Source of the DNA: Candidatus Aenigmatarchaeota archaeon
GTDB lineage: Archaea > Aenigmatarchaeota > Aenigmatarchaeia > Aenigmatarchaeales > Aenigmatarchaeaceae
Length of the DNA stretch: 48,528 nt
NCBI GenBank assembly: GCA_011773475.1
Contig: WVXN01000001.1
Coordinates: 13,699 to 62,226 of the forward strand
Reading direction: 5' to 3'
Shown here: in pieces, positions 37,061 to 46,897 of the stretch
Layout: each line of letters begins with the position of its first letter
How positions within the stretch are numbered: position 1 is the first letter of the stretch
The notes under the pieces: generated by a model
Seen by the model: the letters and a program-made list of their open reading frames with translations, nothing else
Database searches by the model: none
Told to the model about the DNA's origin: nothing
Made by a program: the position numbers and the translations under genes

Positions 37061-38398
37061 TTATGGCGAGAGACGCTCAGGGTCCCTAGTAAACAAAACA
37101 GCTTCTCTAATGTTTTTCAGATTTAGGAGTTTCATAGTAAACCTCTCTATTCCTAAACAAAAACCTCCCATTGGAGGAGCTCCATACCTAAAGAATTCAG
37201 TAAACCATCGAAAATTACTTAAATCCAATTTCTTTTCCTTTATATTCTTAATTAATTCTTCGTATCTATGTTCTCTTTGTCCTCCTGAAGACATCTCCAA
37301 CCCCTTATATATTAAGTCAACACTTCTTGCATATTTAGGCTCTTCATCAACTCTCATAACATAAAATGGTTTTAGAGCAAAGGGAAATCTGTTTATGAAA
37401 AAGAAATCACTATCATATTCTTCTCTCACATATCCAGTGAGAAGATTTTCAGCTTCTCTGTTTAAATCAGAACCATCTTTAATATTTAAACCCAGTTTTC
37501 TCAAAATCTTGTAAATTTCAGGAAATCTTAATTCTGGAAAAGGTGTTTTAGGTATTGTTAATTTCTTGTTTAATATTTCTAATTCATTTTTACAATTCTT
37601 TGTCACAAACTTTATGCTTTCCACAATCATCTGCTCTTCTAGCCTCATTGTGTCTGCTTCATCTATTATAAAACTCATTTCTGGAGCTAGACCCCTGTGT
37701 TCACATATGTGAAAAGTTGTGTGGGATTTTTCTGCTCTCCAATTAGGTCCTAAATCAAATATTTTATCAAATCCTGAAATTATTATTAATTCTCTATGTA
37801 ATTGTGGGTCTTGTCTAAGGAATGATTCTTTATCAAAATAAGGAACAGCAAAAACATCAGAACCTCCTTCAGATATTCCCCCGATTAAGCATGGAGTAAA
37901 AACTTGTAAAAATCCTTTTTTAATCAAGAAATTTTGCATTCCTTCAACAAGTCTTGATTGTATCTTAAATATGGCTTGGTTTTCGGGTTTTCTCAAATCC
38001 AATGGTCTTTGGTCTAGTCTTGTATCTAATAAAGCAGGAGTTTTCTTGGTTTCCATTTCTAATGGTAATGGTTTTTCAGCTGTATTGATCAGTTTTATTT
38101 CAATTGGTATTATTTCTCTTCCTCCAGGAGCTTCTCTATTTTCTTTAACAGTCCCTTTAACAGCTATTACGTCTTCTCTTCCCAGAGTTTCAATTTTTTC
38201 TATTAGCTTGGGTATTACTTCTCCGTCTTTAACAGTTATTTGAATAAAACCTTCCCTATCTGCTAATTTAATGAATTTTAACTTTCCTATATCCCTTAGT
38301 TCTCTTATCCATCCCATTACAATAACTTCTTTGCTATCCATTTCTGGAGCTACTTCATTAGAATAATGAGTTCTTTTCCAATCTCCTAAGTTCTCCAT
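37061..38398 (-). CDS. aspS: Aspartate--tRNA ligase, archaeal type, probably non-discriminating
   Basis: RTHYS, OB fold with APGG loop, RLDQRPLDLR, RAEKS, SSGGQREH, GIER. Confidence 0.9.
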   Translation of the reverse strand: MENLGDWKRTHYSNEVAPEMDSKEVIVMGWIRELRDIGKLKFIKLADREGFIQITVKDGEVIPKLIEKIETLGREDVIAVKGTVKENREAPGGREIIPIEIKLINTAEKPLPLEMETKKTPALLDTRLDQRPLDLRKPENQAIFKIQSRLVEGMQNFLIKKGFLQVFTPCLIGGISEGGSDVFAVPYFDKESFLRQDPQLHRELIIISGFDKIFDLGPNWRAEKSHTTFHICEHRGLAPEMSFIIDEADTMRLEEQMIVESIKFVTKNCKNELEILNKKLTIPKTPFPELRFPEIYKILRKLGLNIKDGSDLNREAENLLTGYVREEYDSDFFFINRFPFALKPFYVMRVDEEPKYARSVDLIYKGLEMSSGGQREHRYEELIKNIKEKKLDLSNFRWFTEFFRYGAPPMGGFCLGIERFTMKLLNLKNIREAVLFTRDPERLSP

Positions 38399-38406
38399 TC
38401 AAACAC

Positions 38407-38685
38407 CTAAAGAGGGCTAAATGGTGGGTTGAAGAAAATTATCCATGTTATGAACCAAACAAACAAATAAACCCAACCACCATTGGACATAAACCATTTA
38501 AACTCTTTTTTTATATTAAATGCTTTTTTATTTATCTCAGCAGTTATCACTAGAAATACCAATGCCAAACTTATTGCAAGATAGTTACCTTGTTCTCCGT
38601 ACATATTTCTTCCCCACTGGCTCAAATAACCTATTATTATTCCAATAATTACATAGACTATCATTGATTTGTTACCATTTTTCAT
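38407..38685 (-). CDS. Small 3-TM membrane protein
   Basis: Hydrophobic; GGWVYLFVWFITWII. Confidence 0.65.
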   Translation of the reverse strand: MKNGNKSMIVYVIIGIIIGYLSQWGRNMYGEQGNYLAISLALVFLVITAEINKKAFNIKKEFKWFMSNGGWVYLFVWFITWIIFFNPPFSPL

Positions 38686-38746
38686 GGATATCCTCCTTAT
38701 TCTATTAAATCTACTAATATATAAATTCTTAAAGATTTGGAAAAGC

Positions 38747-39403
38747 TTATTTATACTCTTTCAGTGTTTTTTGCTCTTTTTCTGATATGATATTATTAAC
38801 AGTTATCCAAGAATGCCTTATAAATTCTAAATGTTTTTTCTCTTTTAAACATTTTTTAACAAATTCAATGCTCCTGGCATCATGACTGTAACCAACACCA
38901 AAGTCAAATCCAACTATTTTCTTGATTTCTTCTATTTCTCTATCTCTTTCAAACTTAGCTATTATTGAAGCTGCGGAACAAACAGGGAATTTTAGATCAG
39001 CATAATTTTCAGCTATTATTTCTGTATTGTTTTTAGCTAATGCTAAAAGAATTTTTTTGAATTTCTCTGTTGAAACCTGTGGAGCATCAACATAAGCTAT
39101 ATCGGCTTTCATAGTTTTTATGATCTGAGCCATTTTTTCTGCTTCAATTTTGTTTAAATTGGAAATTTTTCTTAATTCATCTATCTCTTTGGCAGAAACT
39201 TTTAAAGAAACATAATCTTTAGCGATTTTCTTTATTTGAGGATATAAGTTTTTTCTTTGTAATGGAGTTAGTAACTTACTATCCTTTACTCCAATTTTTT
39301 TGAGCTTATTTTCATGTTTTTTGTCTATTAAAACTCCTGCTAAAAACATAGGACCTATAACTGAGCCCCTTCCTGCCTCATCAATACCTAGTATTGTTGT
39401 CAT
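38747..39403 (-). CDS. rnhB: Ribonuclease HII
   Basis: GIDEAGRG, VKDSK, SAASIIAK. Confidence 0.95.
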   Translation of the reverse strand: MTTILGIDEAGRGSVIGPMFLAGVLIDKKHENKLKKIGVKDSKLLTPLQRKNLYPQIKKIAKDYVSLKVSAKEIDELRKISNLNKIEAEKMAQIIKTMKADIAYVDAPQVSTEKFKKILLALAKNNTEIIAENYADLKFPVCSAASIIAKFERDREIEEIKKIVGFDFGVGYSHDARSIEFVKKCLKEKKHLEFIRHSWITVNNIISEKEQKTLKEYK

Positions 39404-39460
39404 AAAAATCAACTTTATAGTAATATTTATATAACTTTTAATGTCTTATAATTTAAACAA

Positions 39461-39538
39461 AGCGGGATAGGGCAGCCAGGAGTGCCCGTCGGGCTCATAA
39501 CCCGAAGGTCGTTGGTTCAAATCCAACTCCCGCTACCA
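39461..39538 (+). tRNA. Initiator tRNA-Met(CAT) with encoded CCA
   Basis: A1-U72 AGCGGGA/TCCCGCT; three G-C pairs GGG-CT-CAT-AA-CCC. Confidence 0.96.
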
Positions 39539-39539
39539 T

Positions 39540-39692
39540 CTATTTTTTAAATCCTAAACTCTGAAAAACGTTAATCTCATCTCCAACTTCTATTTCATCC
39601 TCAACTCTAACTTCCTTTTTTCTTCCATTAACAAGAACAATAGCCGTTTTATCTTTTATTTCAAGAACTTTTCCTTTTTGTACCAAGCACAT
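39540..39692 (-). CDS. hypC: Minimal HypC/HupF-like chaperone (missing from ORF track)
   Basis: MCLVQKGKVLEIKDKTAIVLVNGRKKEVRVEDEIEVGDEINVFQSLGFKK; MCL start; hydrogenase context. Confidence 0.75.
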   Translation of the reverse strand: MCLVQKGKVLEIKDKTAIVLVNGRKKEVRVEDEIEVGDEINVFQSLGFKK

Positions 39693-39696
39693 AATA

Positions 39697-40230
39697 TTAC
39701 TTGTTTTTCTCTTTTTTAAATTTATTATAGAATCTTAATGCAGTTTCAAACTGTTTTTCATTTAAAAACATATTAATCTTATCTCTATGTAAAATTACCC
39801 AATTGCCAGTTTTTAATTCATTTTCAATTATTATCCCCGGATATGCTTCTGAATCTGTCTTTATCACTCTACCATCAATTGTTTCTGCTACGCATTTAGA
39901 ATCAAATTTGTCAACAATTTTAGCAGGATAAGCAGTACACCAGTCAACTAATCCCTTGTCCTTTGTGTATCTCTCTAACATTCTGATGGTCTTATTATGA
40001 AAATAGAAAAAATATTCAAAAAATCCATATTTACTAACTCCTTGATATGCCATAGGAAAAAATTTTTTTAATAAATCCTCTTCAACTTCTCCTTCTTTCA
40101 AATAATTTTTAATAATGTCAATCTCTTTCTTTGTTGGAACAGCGGGACTGAATATAGGCCTAGTTTCTCCTTCTCTTCTTAAGCAAGAAATAGCCATTTT
40201 TAGAAGTCTTATCTTGTTTTCTTTATCCAT
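39697..40230 (-). CDS. Hydrogenase-associated protein with HypC-like C-terminal segment (DUF6390-like)
   Basis: DWC..PAKIV...LKTGNWVILH; adjacent to hypC; family call from memory of the pattern. Confidence 0.5.
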   Translation of the reverse strand: MDKENKIRLLKMAISCLRREGETRPIFSPAVPTKKEIDIIKNYLKEGEVEEDLLKKFFPMAYQGVSKYGFFEYFFYFHNKTIRMLERYTKDKGLVDWCTAYPAKIVDKFDSKCVAETIDGRVIKTDSEAYPGIIIENELKTGNWVILHRDKINMFLNEKQFETALRFYNKFKKEKNK

Positions 40231-40265
40231 ATAATACTTAAGTATAATCAGAATTAATAAATTTT

Positions 40266-40673
40266 ATGAAAGCTGTTATGAGTATTGGAAATCCAATTAA
40301 ATCTGATGATAACATAGGAAATATTATTCTTGATAAATTAGATGTTGAAAACATAAAAAAGATAAAAGCAGGAGTAACACCTGAAAATTTTATAAAAGAA
40401 CTAAAAGATTATGATGAAGTAATGATTCTTGATGCCTTAGAATTTGGAGGAAGCATCGGTGAAGTAAAAGTTTTTGAATTAAATGAAATTAAAGACGTTG
40501 TGACATCGACACATAGCATACCAATAGACTTATTGAAAAGGTTTTTACCTGATTCAAAAATCAAAATAATAGGAATTCAACCAAAAAACATTGATTTTGG
40601 AGAAAAATTAAGTGAAGGACTGGAAAGTAAAATTGGGAAAATAGTTAAAAAGGTTGAATTTCTTATAGAGTAA
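40266..40673 (+). CDS. Hydrogenase maturation protease (HycI-like)
   Basis: IGNPIKSDDNIG, TPEN, ILDA, STHSIP, IGIQP. Confidence 0.9.
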   Translation: MKAVMSIGNPIKSDDNIGNIILDKLDVENIKKIKAGVTPENFIKELKDYDEVMILDALEFGGSIGEVKVFELNEIKDVVTSTHSIPIDLLKRFLPDSKIKIIGIQPKNIDFGEKLSEGLESKIGKIVKKVEFLIE

Positions 40674-40751
40674 AGCATTACATAAAAAGCACATACCATA
40701 TAAATAAATAATTTGGGATTTTAAGATTATACAACTCTTTGAGGTGCTAAT

Positions 40752-43700
40752 ATCAAAAAAATTATTTTGTTCCTTACAGTATTTTTTGTTCTACTATTTA
40801 GTTTAAATCTTGCTTTAGCTTTAATCGATTCTGATGGTGATGGAATACCGGATGAGACGGATAATTGTCCTGATGTCCCAAATCCTGACCAGGAAAATAT
40901 AGATGGAGACGACTACGGGGCTGCTTGTGATTGTGATGATGTTGATCCAATGATAAATCCGGGTGCTACAGAAGTTTGTGATGGAATAGATAATGATTGT
41001 GATGGTTTAATAGATGAAGAGCCTGAAGCTTCTGAAAGTTGTCCATTATGTCAAGTGTGTTTTGAAAGTGTTTGTGTTAATACTGAACCCGGAACAGATC
41101 CTAAAAATGATTGTATAGGTAATTGTGACTACTGTAATGGAGCAGGTAGTTGTACTAAGGATCAAAGCCTTTGTATAGGCAACTGTGATTACTGCACTGG
41201 ATCTGGAAATAATTTTAATTGTGCTGCTAATGAAACTGTTTGTGAACTAAAGTACTGTGCAGATTGTACCGGATCTGGAAATAATTACAATTGTGTTTAT
41301 GATCAAACAGAGGATGAGGATTGTGATCCATTTGATCTTAATGGAATAGCAACTTGTTATAATAATCCAGATGCTTATGATTTCACATGGGATTACAGGG
41401 CAGCATTTAATAGTGTATGTGCAGAATTAGACCTATGTACTCAAGGAGATTCAACTATAACTCACACATGTAATGACAATGATTTATTCGATACAATAGT
41501 GTTTGGAAGTGGATGTAATGCTAACTGTGATGAAAATAGTGATTGTATAAGTGGAATATGTGGAAGTGATTGTACTTGTGAAAATAATCCACCAGTAGCT
41601 AATGCTGGTTCTGACCAAACCATCCTTCTTGGAGAAACTGTAATTTTTGATGGAAGTGGATCTTATGATTTGGATGGAACTATAGTTTCATATGAATGGG
41701 ATTTTGGTGATCATTTTGTTCCAACAATTGGAACTGGAATAAATCCAACTCATACCTACTCTCACTCTGATTTATATGTTGTTACTTTAACTGTGATTGA
41801 TAATGAAGGGGAGGAAGATAGCGATACTATGATAGTTGTTGTTGAAGATAATATAATCATGTTAGAATTGAACTACGATACTGGCTCTTTCTCTGTACTA
41901 GATAAATATAAGAAATCAGGATTTGCACCAGACAGAAGAATACAACCTGAAGAAGGTTACAGAGCTGAAGTTTTTACTGAAACAGAAAAAACCTTATATG
42001 CTTTTACATTCGATATTCCCAATATCTTGAATTATGATATACCTGGTGAAGACGGTGTTCTTTCTGGTGGTTTTATTGAATTGAATGAAACTAATTTTAC
42101 ATTAGTCGTTCCTTACTTTGAAAATGCAGCTTGGATTAACATATACTATCCAAACGGTACTTTAGCATTAATTGTAGATGTGACGAGCCTTCCAGAAAAA
42201 GAAGGAAGCAACTGTCAAACACTAGTTAATTCTGGATCATCCACTACTTTATTCGACATAGTCTTTGTAGGAGATAATTATACTGCTGCTCAGCTAACTC
42301 AATTTGCAGCAGACGTTAATGCACACAATAATACGCTTTTGTCATTTCAACCATTCAGCAATCATTCCATAAACATTCACTGGGTTAATGAATCACGCAA
42401 CTTAGGATGCTATCATAACTGTATGGGTGTATCAAGATTGATCTGTTGTAATAATACTGCTGTTTTAAACTTGGCTACACAATGTCCATTAGATGAGATA
42501 ATAGTAATCTTTAACAGCAACAATTATGGAGGAAGTGGAACAAGAAGTACTGGTGGATTAACTTCATTTGCTATATCCTACTCAGGTGATGACACAAGCT
42601 GCACAAATAACTGTAGTGGTGATCGAGTAACAGTTCATGAATTTGGCCACTCATTCGGAAATCTGCATGATGAATATACTGATAATAATGTTTATGGTAA
42701 TTCAGGTGGTGCTACACCAAATGGTCCTAATTGTGATAATACTGCAGGTTGTCCTAGATTTGCTAATATTACTGGAGTTGTATGTAATCTCGGTTGTAGT
42801 TATAATGACTGGTACAGAGGCGACGATGCTTCAGGAGACCTGATGAGAAATCTATCAAACCTATACTTTGGACCAGTATGCATAAATGGACTGAATAATT
42901 TATTGAACCAATACCCAAGAACACTTTGTGGCGGTTCAACGCCATGCCAATGTGGAGACATTATAACACAAAGCCGTATATTAAACAGTTCTGATTTCAA
43001 CACAGGAGCATGCCTAGGAAGTGGATTGGATATAGGAACAGCAGGAATTACATTAGATTGCAATGGAAGACCAATGATAGGCAGTGGAACAGCAGGATCA
43101 GCCGGCATTAGGAATCCAGCTTTTGATAATGTTACAATAAAGAATTGTAATATCTCAAAGTTCGAAAGCGGCATCCATTTACAAGTAGCATCTAATAATA
43201 TAATAGACAATAATACTGCATCTGGAACACTAAGTGGTACTGGTATATGGATGGAAACATCATCATGGAATAATGTAACTAATAACACTGCATCCTCGTC
43301 TAAGTGGGGTATTGGTTTTGACACATATTCAGACAATAATTTGGTAGAAGATAATACTGTGTTGTCGTGCCAAATTGGAATAGAGTCATACACTTCTTCT
43401 GGTAATACGATTAAAAACAATACTGTAAACAATAATACACAGCATGGCATTTATCTTAGGGCTACTTCGAAGAATAATGTAATAATCGATAATACAGCAG
43501 ATTTCAACACTTGGAATGGTTTGTACTTTTTTGATGCTGCAAGCACAGGCAACACTGTAAACAACAATAGATTCTGTTTTAACAATTTAGGACTCGGACC
43601 ATATTTTGATATTAATGATGCTGATGCAAATACTGGTAATAATAATCAATGTGATTTCACAAGTCTTAACTGGTTCGAGGGTGCCATACCAGGATGTACC

Positions 43701-44837
43701 TTTAGGTGCGTAGCTGACAATCCTCCGAATATAACATTAATCAATCCACCTGATAATTATTACAATGATTCACAACAATATGTTTCTTTGAACTTTACAG
43801 CAAACTGTACAGATGATATTGGACTGTTTTATGCTGATTTATATACAAATTATACAGGCACATGGCAAATAAATCAAACAATGAATTTGACAGGATTATC
43901 ACAAACATTTAGTTTTCAGATGAACAATTTAACTAACTCATCATTTATATGGACCATTGATTGTGTAGATGTTGCTGGTAATCAAGCAATTGGACCGAAC
44001 AGAAGTGTTCTTTTAAATTACACTGTTCCCCGAATAATAAACTTCTCGAATACAACTCTAGCTGTAAATGTTACTCTTCAAACAACAACAGCAATCACAT
44101 TATTCATATCAAATGTATCTAATCCTTCTGCAATTGCAACTAACTTGACAATAGCATCTTTCGTTAACATAACTCCCAAATGTTCAATTGATTGGGCTTA
44201 CATCCAAATTTATTATAATGAAAGCAAAGTAGTTGTAGATGAATCTACACTAAGGATGTACTATTGGAATACTACGATCCCAGACTGGGTATTGATACCA
44301 AACTCTGGTGTCAATACTATAGAGAATTATGTTTGGGCAAATATCACTCATTTCACTATTTTCACAGGAATAGGTGGATTTGCAGATTCGGATCAAGATG
44401 GAGTTCTCGATATAGAAGATAAATGTCTTGGTACAACTGATTGGTATGCAGAACAAGAGCTTAAGCCAAATCATTATGACAGTTCAAACATAGACTTAAC
44501 AGAAACGTATGGTTGTAGTTGTGAACAAATTTTGTACTGCAAGCCTGGTGGAAATAATGGAGAGTACAAGTTCGGTTGTAGTGAAGGAACAATTAATGTT
44601 TGGACATCTCAAGATCCTGAAAGTTGGTCATTGGACTGCCAAACAAATGGAAAGGTAACTCAACCAGGAGCAGACAAATCTTTCTTCGAAAATACAGATT
44701 CTGATTGGTTATTAGATGGATTAGATTTTGATAATGACAATGATGGTTCACCTGATATTGATGATGATATGATAGATGATGCAGATCCTCCAGGTCATCC
44801 AGGATATGGAACACCAGATTGGTTTAAGAAAAAATAG
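40752..44837 (+). CDS. Large secreted modular protein: TSP3/Ca-binding repeats, Cys-rich region, PKD, M64-like zinc peptidase, NosD/CASH beta-helix, C-terminal Ca-binding repeats
   Basis: DSDGDGIPDETDNCP, CDGIDNDCDG, PVANAG..FDGSGS..YEWDFGD, HEFGHSFGNLHDEY, NNxxxNNT repeats; start may be ATC 40752 or TTG 40767. Confidence 0.85.
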   Translation: MKKIILFLTVFFVLLFSLNLALALIDSDGDGIPDETDNCPDVPNPDQENIDGDDYGAACDCDDVDPMINPGATEVCDGIDNDCDGLIDEEPEASESCPLCQVCFESVCVNTEPGTDPKNDCIGNCDYCNGAGSCTKDQSLCIGNCDYCTGSGNNFNCAANETVCELKYCADCTGSGNNYNCVYDQTEDEDCDPFDLNGIATCYNNPDAYDFTWDYRAAFNSVCAELDLCTQGDSTITHTCNDNDLFDTIVFGSGCNANCDENSDCISGICGSDCTCENNPPVANAGSDQTILLGETVIFDGSGSYDLDGTIVSYEWDFGDHFVPTIGTGINPTHTYSHSDLYVVTLTVIDNEGEEDSDTMIVVVEDNIIMLELNYDTGSFSVLDKYKKSGFAPDRRIQPEEGYRAEVFTETEKTLYAFTFDIPNILNYDIPGEDGVLSGGFIELNETNFTLVVPYFENAAWINIYYPNGTLALIVDVTSLPEKEGSNCQTLVNSGSSTTLFDIVFVGDNYTAAQLTQFAADVNAHNNTLLSFQPFSNHSINIHWVNESRNLGCYHNCMGVSRLICCNNTAVLNLATQCPLDEIIVIFNSNNYGGSGTRSTGGLTSFAISYSGDDTSCTNNCSGDRVTVHEFGHSFGNLHDEYTDNNVYGNSGGATPNGPNCDNTAGCPRFANITGVVCNLGCSYNDWYRGDDASGDLMRNLSNLYFGPVCINGLNNLLNQYPRTLCGGSTPCQCGDIITQSRILNSSDFNTGACLGSGLDIGTAGITLDCNGRPMIGSGTAGSAGIRNPAFDNVTIKNCNISKFESGIHLQVASNNIIDNNTASGTLSGTGIWMETSSWNNVTNNTASSSKWGIGFDTYSDNNLVEDNTVLSCQIGIESYTSSGNTIKNNTVNNNTQHGIYLRATSKNNVIIDNTADFNTWNGLYFFDAASTGNTVNNNRFCFNNLGLGPYFDINDADANTGNNNQCDFTSLNWFEGAIPGCTFRCVADNPPNITLINPPDNYYNDSQQYVSLNFTANCTDDIGLFYADLYTNYTGTWQINQTMNLTGLSQTFSFQMNNLTNSSFIWTIDCVDVAGNQAIGPNRSVLLNYTVPRIINFSNTTLAVNVTLQTTTAITLFISNVSNPSAIATNLTIASFVNITPKCSIDWAYIQIYYNESKVVVDESTLRMYYWNTTIPDWVLIPNSGVNTIENYVWANITHFTIFTGIGGFADSDQDGVLDIEDKCLGTTDWYAEQELKPNHYDSSNIDLTETYGCSCEQILYCKPGGNNGEYKFGCSEGTINVWTSQDPESWSLDCQTNGKVTQPGADKSFFENTDSDWLLDGLDFDNDNDGSPDIDDDMIDDADPPGHPGYGTPDWFKKK

Positions 44838-44839
44838 TT

Positions 44840-45709
44840 TTAGCTTATTTTTGAAACAATGAACGCTCCAACTAAAATTAAAAGAGATCCTATAATCTGT
44901 AATGGGAGAATAATTTCTTCTAAAAACAAAAAAGATAAAAACAGTGAAATAGGCGGTGACAGCAAAAGCAAGGTGGAAGCTTTAGATACTTTTATTAAAC
45001 TTATTGAATAGTACCAGAAAAATACGTACAAAAATAGAATTGATACTGAAATTCCAATATAAAGAATCTGTTCAGATGTGATTAACAACAACTGATTAAA
45101 GCTTCCTATTATCAAAACAATAGAAAATAGAACAATTGATGCAAAAAACATTCTACAAAAAGAAACAACAAAATTTGATTCCTTTTTTATCATTGCATAC
45201 TTTGATATAATGTTCTCAATAGCAAAAAGAACTGTTGCAATAATAACCAAAAAATCCCCAATAGCAATTTCAAAAGTTATAGCACTGTAAGATATAAGAT
45301 ATGCTCCAATAATCATTACTATCATTGCATAAACTTGTATTCTTTTTATTTTTTCTTTTAAAAAAGCGAAAGCAAGAATTGTTATAAACAAAGGTAAAAG
45401 TTTGTGCAAGAAAGCTGCCCTTCCTGCAGTTGTTAATTTTAATCCATTGAAAAAAGTTAAAAAAGCGAAACCGGCAACAAAACCTATTAGCAGAAGAATT
45501 TTCCAAGAAACTTTGTTAAAATTTTTAAAACTTAATTTATTTTTATAAAATGAAATTAAAAAGAATCCTATTCCAACAAAAAAAGTTCTTAATGAGGTGA
45601 ATAAAGTTGGATCTAAAGACATGAGAAAGAATTTGTTAGCAACAAAAGCAAAACCACTAACTATAGCAGTTATTATAGCAAATAGAGTTCCAATATTTTC
45701 TTTATTCAT
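44840..45709 (-). CDS. EamA/DMT family transporter
   Basis: About 10 TM; two EamA halves (LAFAFLKEKI, FLFLEE). Confidence 0.9.
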   Translation of the reverse strand: MNKENIGTLFAIITAIVSGFAFVANKFFLMSLDPTLFTSLRTFFVGIGFFLISFYKNKLSFKNFNKVSWKILLLIGFVAGFAFLTFFNGLKLTTAGRAAFLHKLLPLFITILAFAFLKEKIKRIQVYAMIVMIIGAYLISYSAITFEIAIGDFLVIIATVLFAIENIISKYAMIKKESNFVVSFCRMFFASIVLFSIVLIIGSFNQLLLITSEQILYIGISVSILFLYVFFWYYSISLIKVSKASTLLLLSPPISLFLSFLFLEEIILPLQIIGSLLILVGAFIVSKIS

Positions 45710-46052
45710 TTACCACAACGTTTTTTCTTACTTTTTCTTTGTTTTTATCAGCGTATTCAAAATCATTACTTAATTTTATTGATTTGGGATTGGAGAGACA
45801 AACATCTTCACACATTTTACAGAATATACAAAGGCCTTGGTCAAAATCTATTTTTCCTTTTTTTCGAAACTTAACAGCTCCAACAGGACAATATTTTTCG
45901 CAAAGCTTACAACCTATACATCTCTTAGAATAAAAATGGATCCTTCCTGAAAATCTAGGAAATGGTATAAGCTTTACTTTAGGATATTTTCTTGTAAATG
46001 GTCTTATGAAAAAGTTCTTTAAAGCTTCTCTTACTATTACCGACCTTTTCAT
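45702..46052 (-). CDS. Group 4 hydrogenase 2[4Fe-4S] subunit (NuoI/EchF-like)
   Basis: PFTRKYP, CIGCKLCEKYCP, CIFCKMCEDVC; start reassigned to MKRSV. Confidence 0.9.
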   Translation of the reverse strand: MKRSVIVREALKNFFIRPFTRKYPKVKLIPFPRFSGRIHFYSKRCIGCKLCEKYCPVGAVKFRKKGKIDFDQGLCIFCKMCEDVCLSNPKSIKLSNDFEYADKNKEKVRKNVVVNE

Positions 46053-46897
46053 ATAATGCCTCTCATTATTATTATGAAATCTATTAGTGCTAAGATCATT
46101 ATCAAGAAACATACTTTGAAAGCTTGATCAACCCTATATCGTGGTGTGGTTGCTTGAGTAAATGAGTAAATGGATAAAAACAATAAACTCAATGGTAGAA
46201 TCATGATTATATCTCTACCAAATAAAAGCATTGGCATAAGAAAAACAAAGAACAGTCTCTTTAAGTAGGTCGCTAATTCAAAAAAGGCTAGACCCTTTCC
46301 ACTATATTCTGTTCCACTTCCACTCATTATTTCTGCAGCAGCTTCTGAAGTATCCAGAGGTGTTATATGAAGTTCCACAACCAGTATAGCAGCCAAAGTA
46401 GCAGAGGATATTGGAGTTGATAATAAGAGAAAAGTTGAGTTAAAATTACCTAGAGACAAAACACCTGCTCTCATCATGAAATTAAAAACGACTATGACGA
46501 ATGCTATCTCATAGGCCACCATTAATATCATTTCTCTCATAGATCCAACTATTCCAAAAGGATTATCAGAAGACAAACCAGCCAAAACATAAAAAGAACT
46601 GGATAAAATTGTTATGTAAGCCAAAACAACAAAATCAAAATTAAAAGCAATTAAAGAAAATGGAATAAACAAAAACAGAGAATAGTTGGATATAAAATAA
46701 AATATTGGGGAGTATTTGAAGAAAGGATCGTTCTGGCTCTTTAATTTCTTTTTTTGGAAAAGTTTTTTAATGTCGTAAAAAGGTTGGATTATTGGCGGAC
46801 CAATCCTGTTTTGTAATCTAGCATTTATTTTTCTGTGCAAACCTTCATAAAGCATTGCAATAAATGGAATTAGCAAAAAGAAAATTATTTCGTACAT
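46049..46897 (-). CDS. Group 4 hydrogenase membrane subunit (NuoH/EchB-like)
   Basis: RKINARLQNRIGPPIIQPFYDIKKL, TEYSG, PRYRVDQ. Confidence 0.92.
   Translation of the reverse strand: MYEIIFFLLIPFIAMLYEGLHRKINARLQNRIGPPIIQPFYDIKKLFQKKKLKSQNDPFFKYSPIFYFISNYSLFLFIPFSLIAFNFDFVVLAYITILSSSFYVLAGLSSDNPFGIVGSMREMILMVAYEIAFVIVVFNFMMRAGVLSLGNFNSTFLLLSTPISSATLAAILVVELHITPLDTSEAAAEIMSGSGTEYSGKGLAFFELATYLKRLFFVFLMPMLLFGRDIIMILPLSLLFLSIYSFTQATTPRYRVDQAFKVCFLIMILALIDFIIIMRGII

Noticed and set aside
36894..37364. 156-aa plus-strand ORF
   Set aside because: It is antisense to aspS and the ferredoxin gene, which explain the region.
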